Notes under the pieces: model-generated | The model's database searches: none | The model's input: only the letters and a program-made list of their open reading frames with translations | What the model was told of the DNA's origin: nothing | NCBI GenBank assembly: GCA_964016885.1 | Contig: OZ024764.1 | Location: forward strand, 27,280,001-27,344,000 | Reading direction: 5' to 3' | Length of the DNA: 64,000 nt | Source: Eledone cirrhosa | Taxonomy: Eukaryota | Part shown: piece by piece, positions 50,434 through 61,343 of the stretch | How the letters are laid out: each line of letters starts with the position of its first letter | How positions within the stretch are numbered: the stretch's first letter is position 1 | Program-made: the position numbers and the translations under genes

Positions 50434-51177
50434 AATGGAAAACATTCAGACAGAGAAGAATGGATAATGAGCGTTGTAAGAGAAATTGGCCAACAATTAA
50501 TATTAATGGAAATGTAGAAGAATTTCATATTAGTGATATGAATGTTTCGTGTGATCACTGTGGAGCTTTGAAATTTAGAAATGAAAATTGTAACTGTTGT
50601 AATAAAGGAAAGGTTGTGTTGCCACCATTGCAAATATACCCTGAGAGACTGAGAAATCTCTTTGAAAGAGGCCAGGAAGCAGTTGATTTCACAGAAACAT
50701 CTGCAATTAAAACTACATTTATTTCACTTCATTTGGTGTTACCACCCGGCAGAGGCCCGTATAGCTTTCATATTCAGGGTCAAACATATCACTACACCCC
50801 CATCTCTGTAACCTGCAGAAAATACACCACAATATGGCCAGTTATATATTATTGATGGGAACGAAGGTATGTAACACAGATTGGAAGTACGTCCAAATAA
50901 TTGTTTCTAGCACAAGGCCAGCAATTACTGGTACTTTATTCTATCGACCTAATAAGGATGAAAACAAAGTCAACCTTGGAGGGATTTGAACCCAGAACGT
51001 AAAGGGACATAACCCTATGCTGTAAAGCATGGTGTCTGGCGCTCTACCGATACTGCCAATCCACTGCCCTAGTACCAACAAATAATGACTGCTCACCACA
51101 AAAAATGGCTATGATAAGAGAAGTGTTGCATGAATGTAATTCATATGTCGAAGTGTACAATACAATGCATGGCATCA
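50434..51177 (+). pseudogene. Helitron RepHel 5' part, interrupted at the same base as the 34336 copy
   Basis: ORF 50460-50855 with the Cys cluster; ends GCATGGCATCA|CAAATGAAT. Confidence 0.9.
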
Positions 51178-51181
51178 CAAA

Positions 51182-51213
<32 letters not shown>

Positions 51214-52104
51214 CTACTAAAGAGTATGTAAAATTTTAAAATAAATACTTAAATTCAATTTGTATAATTACACATACAATATGTTTTGTTGTAAAACCCT
51301 AAATAATGATTTAAGAAATGATGTCAATCTCTTTGTACAGAGAAAAACAATTTATATATATGCATTGTGTGCGCGTGTATACTCCATTTAAGACAGTGAA
51401 AAACCTAGTACCTCCTTCAAAGAATGCCAAATAGTTTATGCCTAAGGTGTAACACTAATTAAGTTACCGGTGTAGATATTTCAGTTGAACCCTGCTTCAA
51501 ACATGCATATTATTATTATATATTTTCAAACACACTTACATACATTATATTTATACACATAGAAATAATAAGTTAAAACTAAAGTATAATGATATAACAA
51601 CAGTATATAATAGTTTTCTTCACTTTATTGAAATGCAATCGTTTTAAAGAAAAAACATGACAGTATAAGAAATATTTAATATGATAACATAATATTTCAG
51701 GTAGGATGGTCGTTTCTCTATGATGGTGGTTTCTCTTTGAACTAATAATTGTTTCTATTTTAGGCACAAGGTCAGTAATTAACCAGTACATTACTGGTAC
51801 TTTATTTTATCGACCCCGTAAGGATGAAAGGCAAAGTTGACCTCGGATCGTAAAGGGACGTAACTATGCTGGAAAGCATGGCGTCAGACCCTCTACCGAT
51901 ACTGCCAATTCACCATACAGTATAATTATACAAATATGCATATAGATAGCAATATATATACACTAATATGTATGTACATATTTACACATATGTACATATA
52001 TATAGGGAGAGAGAGAGCCACATGTATGTATATATATATACACATGCGTGTATGCATGTGTGTTTATGTACATTCTTCGGTATATATATCGGTATACACA
52101 TTGG

Positions 52105-52386
52105 AGACACAGAGAGAGAGAGTTGAAACGAGAGGTGAGAGAGTTGAAACAAGAGAGGAGATGGTTGAAACACGAGGAGAGAGAGAGAGTTGAAACGAGA
52201 GGAGAGAGAGAGAGTTGAAACGAGGAGAGAGTTGAAACAAGAGGGTGAGGGGAGAGAGGAAGAGAGAGAGAGAGAGGAAGAGAGAGAGAGAGGATGAGAG
52301 AGAGGAATAGAGATAGAGGGGAAGAGAGAGAGGGGGAGAGAAGGGGATGAAACAACAGAGAGAGGGGAGAGAAAGAGAGAGGGGAT

Positions 52387-52421
<35 letters not shown>

Positions 52422-55400
52422 ATTGAAACAAGAGAGAGATGAAACAAGTGAGGGATTAGAGAGAGATGAAACAAGTGAGGGATTAGAGTGTTGAAACAAG
52501 AGAGAGAGAGCGAGATGAAATGAGAGAAAGAGAGTGAGATGAAATGAGAGAGTGGGAGCGAGATGAAACGAGACAGGGAGAGCGAGATGAAATGAGAGAG
52601 TTAGAGTGAGATGAAACGAGAGAGTGAGAGCGAGATGAAACGAGAGACAGAGAGAGCGAGATGACACGAGACAGAGAGCGAGATGAAATGAGAGAGAGAG
52701 AGTGAGAGAGAGAGATGAAACGAGAGAGAGAGTGCGAGATGAAACGAGAGTGAGAGAGCGAGATGAAACGAGAGAGTGAGAGCGAGATGAAATGAGAGAG
52801 AGAGAGAACGAGATGAAATGAGAGAGAGAGAGAGCGAGATGAAATGAGACATAGAGAGATGAAACGAGAGAGAGATGAAACGAGAAAGAGAGGAAACGAG
52901 AGAGAGGAAACGTGAGTAGAGAGCGAGATGAAACAGGAGCGAGAGAGCGAGATGAAACGAGAGGGAGAGAGAGATGAAACGAGAGCGAGAGAGAGATAGA
53001 GGGAAATGAAACGTCAGAGAGAGAGACAGATGAAACGAGGGATATAGAGATGAAACGAGAGAGAGAGATGAAACGAGAGAGAGGAAGAGAGAGATAGAAC
53101 GAGAGAGAGGAAGAGAGAGATGAAACGAGAGAGAAGAAGACAGAGGTGAAACGAGAGAGAGAGCGAGATGAAACGAGAGAGAGAGCGAGATGAAACGAGA
53201 GAGAGGAAGAGAGAGAGCGAGAGATGAAACTCTGTCATGGACATATCTGACCCTGGGGCTAATAATTGTCATGTAATGTTATGGACATCTCTGCCCCTGT
53301 GGCTAATAATTCTGTCATGTAATGTTATGGACATCTCTGCCCCTGTGGCTAATAATTCTGTCATGTAATGTTATGGAAATCTCTGCCCCTGTGGCTAATA
53401 ATTCTGACATGTAATGTTATGGAATCTCTGCCCCTGTGGCTAATAAATCTGTCATTTGATGTTACGGACATCTCTGCCCCTGTGGCTAATAAATCTGTCA
53501 TGTAATGTTATGGACATCTCTGCCCCTGTGGCTAATAATTCTGACATGTAATGTTATGGACATCTCTGCCCCTGTAGCTAATAATTCTGACATGTAATGT
53601 TATGGACATCTCTGCCCCTGTGGCTAATAAATTCGTCATGTAATGTTATGGACATCTCTGCCCCTGTGGCTAATAAATCTGTCATGTAATGTTATGGACA
53701 TCTCTGCCCCTGTGGCTAATAATTCTGACATGTAATGTTATGGACATCTCTGCCCCTGTGGCTAATAATTCTGACATGTAATGTTATGGACATCTCTGCC
53801 CCTGTGGCTAATAATTCTGAGAGAGATGAAACAAGTGAGGGATTAGAGAGAGATGAAACAAGTGAGGGATTAGAGTGTTGAAACAAGAGAGAGAGAGGAA
53901 GAGAGAGTGAGAGCGAAATCAAACGAGAGAGAGCGAGATGAAATGAGAGAGTGAGAGCGAGATGAAACGAGAGAGAGAGAGAGAGCGAGATGAAATGAGA
54001 GAGAGAGAGCGAGATGAAATGAGAGAGAGAGAGCGAGATGAAACGAGACAGAGAGAGCGGGATGAAACGAGACAGAGAGAGCGAGAGCGAGATGAAACGA
54101 GACAGAGAGAGCGAGATGAAACGAGAGAGAGAGAGCGAGATGAAATGAGAGAGAGAGAGCGAGATGAAATGAGAGAGAGAGAGCGAGATGAAACGAGAGA
54201 GGGAGAGCGAGATGGAACGAGACAGAGAGAGCGAGATGAAACGAGAGTGGGAGAGCTAGATGAAACGAGAGAGAGAGGAAATGAGAGAGACGAAACGAGA
54301 GAGAGGAAACGAGAGTAGAGAGCGAGATGAAACAGGAGAGAGAGAGCGAGATGAAACAGGAGCGAGAGAGCGAGATGAAACGAGAGGGAGAGAGAGATGA
54401 AACGAGAGAGCGAGAGAGAGATAGAGGGAGATGAAACGACAGAGAGAGAGACAGATGAAACGAGGGAGATAGAGATGAAACGAGAGAGAGAGATGAAACG
54501 AGAGAGAGGAAGAGAGAGATGGAACGAGAGAGAGGAAGAGAGAGATGGAACGAGAGAGAGGAAGACAGAGATGAAACGAGAGAGAGAGAGAGCAAGATGA
54601 AACGAGAGAGAGAGATGAAACGAGAGAGAGGAAGAGAGAGATGGAACGAGAGAGAGGAAGAGTGAGATGGAACGAGCGAGAGGAAGACAGAGATGAAACG
54701 AGACAGAGAGAGATCGAGATGAAACGAGAGAGAGGAAGAGAGAGAGCGCAAGATGAAACGAGAGAGAGAGAGAGAGAGCGAGATGAAACGAGAGAGAGGA
54801 AGAGAGAGAGCGCGAGATGAAACGAGAGAGAGGAAGAGAGAGAGCGCGAGATGAAATGAGAGAGAGAGAGCGAGATGAAATGAGAGATTGAGAGTGAGAT
54901 GAAACGAGAGAGTGAGAGAGAGCGAGATGAAATGTCAGAGAGAGAGCGAGATGAAATGAGAGAGAGAGAGCGAGATGAAACGAGACAGAGAGAGCGGGAT
55001 GAAACGAGACAGAGAGATCGAGATGAAATGAGAGAGAGAGAGCGAGATGAAATGAGAGAGAGAGAGCGAGATGAAACGAGAGAGTGAGAGCGAGATGGAA
55101 CGAGTCAGAGAGAGCGAGATGAAACGAGAGAGTGAGAGCTAGATGAAACGAGAGAGAGAGGAAACGAGAGAGAGAGAGGAAACGAGAGAGAGGAAACGAG
55201 AGAGAGGAAACGAGAGTAGAGAGCAAGATGAAACAGGAGAGAGAGAGAGCGAGATGAAACCGGAGAGAGAGAGCGAGATGAAACGAGAGGGAGGGAGAGA
55301 TGAAACGAGAGAGCAAGAGAGAGATAGAGGGAGATGAAACGAGAGAGTGATAGCTAGATGAAACGAGAGAGAGAGGAATAGAGAGATGGAACGAGAGAGA

Positions 55401-58400
55401 GGAAGACAGATATGAAACGAGAGAGAGAGAGAGCGAGATGAAACGAGAGAGAGGAAGAGAGAGAGCGCGAGATGAAACGAGAGAGAGAGAGCGAGATGAA
55501 ACGAGAGAGAGAGCGAGATGAAACGAGAGAGAGGAAGAGAGAGAGCGCGAGATGAAAGTCTGTCATGTAATGTTATGGACATATCTGCCCTTGGGGCTAA
55601 TAATTGTCATGTAATGTTATGGACATATCTACCCTTGGGGCTAATAATTGTCATGTAATGTTATGTACATCTCTGCCCCTGTGGCAAATAATTCTGTCAT
55701 GTAATGTTATGGACACCTCTGTCCCTGTGGCTAATAATTATGTCATGTAATGTTATGGACATCTCTGCCCCTGTGGCTAATAATTCTGTCATGTAATGTT
55801 ATGGACATCTCTGCCCCTGTGGCTAATAAATTCGTCATGTAATGTTATGGACATCTCTGCCCCTGTGGCTAATAAATCTGTCATGTAATGTTTTGGACAT
55901 CTCTTCCCCTGTGGCTAATAATTCTGACATGTAATGTTATGGATATCTCTGCCCCTGTGGCTAATAATTCTGAGAGAGATGAAACAAGTGAGGGATAAGA
56001 GAGAGATGAAACAAGTGAGGGATTAGAGTGTTGAAACAAGAGAGAGAGAGGAAGAGAGAGTGAGAGCGAGATCAAACGAGAGAGAGAGCGAGATGAAATG
56101 AGAGAGTGAGAGCGAGATGAAACGAGAGAGAGAGAGCGAGATGAAATGAGAGAGCGAGAGCGAGATGAAATGAGAGAGAGAGAGCGAGATGAAACGAGAC
56201 AGAGAGAGCGAGATGAAACGAGAGAGAGAGAGAGCGAAATGAAACGAGACAGATTAGAGCGAGATGAAACGAGAGAGAGAGAGCAAGATGAAATGAGAGA
56301 GAGAGAGCGAGATGAAACGAGAGAGTGAGAGCTAGAGGAAACGAGAGAGAGAGGAAACGAGAGAGAGGATACGAGAGAGAGGAAACGAGAGTAGAGAGCG
56401 AGATGAAACAGGAGAGAGAGAGCGAGATGAAACAGGAGAGAGAGAGCGAGATGAAACGAGAGGGAGAGAGAGATGAAACGAGAGAGCGAGAGAGAGATAG
56501 AGGGAGATGAAACGACAGAGAGAGAGACAGATGAAACGAGGGAGATAGAGATGAAACGAGAGAGAGAGATGAAACGAGAGAGAGGAAGAGAGAGATGGAA
56601 CGAGAGAGAGGAAGAGAGAGATGGAACGAGAGAGAGGAAGAGAGAACGCGAGATGAAACGAGAGAGAGGAAGAGAGAGAGCGCAAGATGAAACGAGAGAG
56701 AGAGCGCGAGATGAAAGTCTGTCATGTAATGTTATGGACATATCTGCCCTTGGGGCTAATAATTGTCATGTAATGTTATGGAAATCTCTGCCTCTGTGGC
56801 TAATAATTCTTTCATGTAATGTTATGGACATCTCTGCCCCTGTGGCTAATAATTCTGTCATGTAATATTATGGACATCTCTGCCCCTGTGGCTAATAAAT
56901 CTGTCATGTAATGTTATGGACATCTCTGCCCCTGTGGCTAATAATTCTGACATGTAATGTTATGGACATCTCTGCCCCTGTGGCTAATAAATCTGTCATG
57001 TAATGTTATGGACATCTCTGCCCCTGTGGCTAATAATTCTGACATGTAATGTTATGGACATCTCTGCCCCTGTGGCTAATAATTCTGAGAGAGATGAAAC
57101 AAGTGAGGGATTAGAGAGAGATGAAACAAGTGAGGGATTAGAGTGTTGAAACAAGAGAGAGAGGAAGAGAGAGTGAGAGCGAAATCAAACGAGAGAGAGC
57201 GAGATGAAATGAGAGAGTGAGAGCGAGATGAAACGAGAGAGAGAGAGAGAGCGAGATGAAATGAGAGAGAGAGAGCGAGATGAAATGAGAGAGAGAGAGC
57301 GAGATGAAACGAGACAGAGAGAGCGGGATGAAACGAGACAGAGAGAGCGAGAGCGAGATGAAACGAGACAGAGAGAGCGAGATGAAACGAGAGAGAGAGA
57401 GCGAGATGAAATGAGAGAGAGAGAGCGAGATGAAATGAGAGAGAGAGAGCGAGATGAAACGAGAGAGTGAGAGCGAGATGGAACGAGACAGAGAGAGCGA
57501 GATGAAACGAGAGTGGGAGAGCTAGATGAAACGAGAGAGAGAGGAAACGAGAGACGAAACGAGAGAGAGGAAACGAGAGTAGAGAGCGAGATGAAACAGG
57601 AGAGAGAGAGCGAGATGAAACAGGAGAGAGAGAGCGAGATGAAACGAGAGGGAGAGAGAGATGAAACGAGAGAGCGAGAGAGAGATAGAGGGAGATGAAA
57701 CGACAGAGAGAGAGACAGATGAAACGAGGGAGATAGAGATGAAACGAGAGAGAGAGATGAAACGAGAGAGAGGAAGAGAGAGATGGAACGAGAGAGAGGA
57801 AGGGAGAGATGGAACGAGAGAGAGGAAGACAGAGATGAAACGAGAGAGAGAGAGAGCAAGATGAAACGAGAGAGAGAGATGAAACGAGAGAGAGGAAGAG
57901 AGAGATGGAACGAGAGAGAGGAAGAGAGAGATGGAACGAGCGAGAGGAAGACAGAGATGAAACGAGACAGAGAGAGATCGAGATGAAACGAGAGAGAGGA
58001 AGAGAGAGAGCGCAAGATGAAACGAGAGAGAGAGAGAGAGCGAGATGAAACGAGAGAGAGGAAGAGAGAGAGCGCGAGATGAAACGAGAGAGAGGAAGAG
58101 AGAGAGCGCGAGATGAAATGAGAGAGAGAGAGCGAGATGAAATGAGAGAGTGAGAGCGAGATGAAACGAGAGAGAGAGAGCGAGATGAAATGAGAGAGAG
58201 AGAGCGAGATGAAATGAGAGAGAGAGAGCGAGATGAAACGAGACAGAGAGAGCGGGATGAAACGAGACAGAGAGAGCGAGAGCGAGATGAAACGAGACAG
58301 AGAGAGCGAGATGAAACGAGAGAGAGAGAGCGAGATGAAATGAGAGAGAGAGAGCGAGATGAAATGAGAGAGAGAGAGCGAGATGAAACGAGAGAGTGAG

Positions 58401-61343
58401 AGCGAGATGGAACGAGACAGAGAGAGCGAGATGAAACGAGAGTGGGAGAGCTAGATGAAACGAGAGAGAGAGGAAACGAGAGACGAAACGAGAGAGAGGA
58501 AACGAGAGTAGAGAGCGAGATGAAACAGGAGAGAGAGAGCGAGATGAAACAGGAGAGAGAGAGCGAGATGAAACGAGAGGGAGAGAGAGATGAAACGAGA
58601 GAGCGAGAGAGAGATAGAGGGAGATGAAACGACAGAGAGAGAGACAGATGAAACGAGGGAGATAGAGATGAAACGAGAGAGAGAGATGAAACGAGAGAGA
58701 GGAAGAGAGAGATGGAACGAGAGAGAGGAAGGGAGAGATGGAACGAGAGAGAGGAAGACAGAGATGAAACGAGAAAGAGAGAGAGCAAGATGAAACGAGA
58801 GAGAGAGATGAAACGAGAGAGAGGAAGAGAGAGATGGAACGAGAGAGAGGAAGAGAGAGATGGAACGAGCGAGAGGAAGACAGAGATGAAACGAGACAGA
58901 GAGAGATAGAGATGAAACGAGAGAGAGGAAGAGAGAGAGCGCAAGATGAAACGAGAGAGAGAGAGAGAGCGAGATGAAACGAGAGAGAGGAAGAGAGAGA
59001 GCGCGAGATGAAACGAGAGAGAGGAAGAGAGAGAGCGCGAGATGAAATGAGAGAGAGAGAGCGAGATGAAATGAGAGATTGAGAGTGAGATGAAACGAGA
59101 GAGTGAGAGAGAGCGAGATGAAATGACAGAGAGAGAGCGAGATGAAATGAGAGAGAGAGAGCGAGATGAAACGAGACAGAGAGAGCGGGATGAAACGAGA
59201 CAGAGAGATCGAGATGAAATGAGAGAGAGAGAGAGCGAGATGAAATGAGAGAGAGAGAGCGAGATGAAACGAGAGAGTGAGAGCGAGATGGAACGAGTCA
59301 GAGAGAGCGAGATGAAACGAGAGAGAGAGGAAACGAGAGAGAGAGGAAACGAGAGAGAGGAAACGAGAGAGAGGAAACGAGAGTAGAGAGCAAGATGAAA
59401 CAGGAGAGAGAGAGAGCGAGATGAAACCGGAGAGAGAGAGCGAGATGAAACGAGAGGGAGGGAGAGATGAAACGAGAGAGCGAGAGAGAGATAGAGGGAG
59501 ATGAAACGAGAGAGTGATAGCTAGATGAAACGAGAGAGAGAGGAATAGAGAGATGGAACGAGAGAGAGGAAGACAGATATGAAACGAGAGAGAGAGAGAG
59601 CGAGATGAAACGAGAGAGAGGAAGAGAGCGCGAGATGAAACGAGAGAGAGAGAGCGAGATGAAACGAGAGAGAGAGCGAGATGAAACGAGAGAGAGGAAG
59701 AGAGAGAGCGCGAGATGAAAGTCTGTCATGTAATGTTATGGACATATCTGCCCTTGGGGCTAATAATTGTCATGTAATGTTATGGACATATCTACCCTTG
59801 GGGCTAATAATTGTCATGTAATGTTATGTACATCTCTGCCCCTGTGGCAAATAATTCTGTCATGTAATGTTATGGAAACCTCTGTCCCTGTGGCTAATAA
59901 TTATGTCATGTAATGTTATGGACATCTCTGCCCCTGTGGCTAATAATTCTGTCTTGTAATGTTATGGACATCTCTGCCCCTGTGGCTAATAAATTCGTCA
60001 TGTAATGTTATGGACATCTCTGCCCCTGTGGCTAATAAATCTGTCATGTAATGTTTTGGACATCTCTTCCCCTGTGGCTAATAATTCTGACATGTAATGT
60101 TATGGATATCTCTGCCCCTGTGGCTAATAATTCTGAGAGAGATGAAACAAGTGAGGGATAAGAGAGAGATGAAACAAGTGAGGGATTAGAGTGTTGAAAC
60201 AAGAGAGAGAGAGGAAGAGAGAGTGAGAGCGAGATCAAACGAGAGAGAGAGAGCGAGATGAAATGAGAGAGTGAGAGCGAGATGAAACGAGAGAGAGAGA
60301 GCGAGATGAAATGAGAGAGAGAGAGCGAGATGAAATGAGAGAGAGAGAGCGAGATGAAACGAGACAGAGAGAGCGAGGTGAAACGAGAGAGAGAGAGAGC
60401 GAAATGAAACGAGACAGATTAGAGCGAGATGAAACGAGAGAGAGAGCAAGATGAAATGAGAGAGAGAGAGCGAGATGAAACGAGAGAGTGAGAGCTAGAG
60501 GAAACGATAGAGAGAGGAAACGAGAGAGAGAGGAAACGAGAGAGAGGATACGAGAGAGAGGAAACGAGAGTAGAGAGCGAGATGAAACAGGAGAGAGAGA
60601 GCGAGATGAAACAGGAGAGAGAGAGCGAGATGAAACGAGAGGGAGAGTGAGATGAAACGAGAGAGCGAGAGAGAGATAGAGGGAGATGAAACGACAGAGA
60701 GAGAGACAGATGAAACGAGGGAGATAGAGATGAAACGAGAGAGAGAGATGAAACGAGAGAGAGGAAGAGAGAGATGGAACGAGAGAGAGGAAGAGAGAGA
60801 TGGAACGAGAGAGAGGAAGACAGAGATGAAACGAGAGAGAGAGAGAGCGAGATGAAACGAGAGAGAGGAAGAGAGAGAACGCGAGATGAAACGAGAGAGA
60901 GAGCAAGATGAAACGAGAGAGAGGAAGAGAGAGAGCGCAAGATGAAACGAGAGAGAGAGAGCGCGAGATGGAAGTCTGTCATGTAATGTTATGGACATAT
61001 CTGCCCTTGGGGCTAATAATTGTCATGTAATGTTATGGAAATCTCTGCCCCTGTGGCTAATAATTCTGTCATGTAATGTTATGGACATCTCTGCCCCTGT
61101 GGCTAATAAATATGACATGTAATGTTATGGACATCTCTGCCCCTGTGGCTAATAAATCTGTCATGTAATGTTATGGACATCTCTGCCCCTGTGGCTAATA
61201 ATTCTGCCATGTAATGTTATGGACATCTCTGCCCCTGTGGCTAATAAATCTGTCATGTAATGTTATGGACATCTCTGCCCCTGTGGCTAATAATTCTGAC
61301 ATGTAATGTTATGGACATCTCTGCCCCTGTGGCTAATAATTCT
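52105..61343 (+). repeat. Composite GA/46-bp satellite, forward polarity, with higher-order repeats
   Basis: 46-bp arrays at ~53232-53819, 55560-55972, 56718-57087, 59722-60135, 60975-61343, separated by GA blocks with a stereotyped leader. Confidence 0.97.

Larger units (their letters stand above)
38137..53230 (+). repeat. Segmental tandem duplicate of ~23541-36600
   Basis: Same order of 55-bp array, CRE fragment, 40-bp array, LINE tails, CRE fragment, inverted repeat, 2.7-kb units, Helitron 5' part, insertion and satellite; offset 14.6 kb at the start and ~16.8 kb after one extra 2.7-kb unit. Confidence 0.9.

Noticed and set aside
57076-58944. Long ORFs (up to 622 aa) rich in S/L/F/H/R or E/R in the satellite blocks
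   Set aside because: They are translations of (TC)n/(GA)n satellite that lacks stop codons, are open in several frames at once, and show no domain content.
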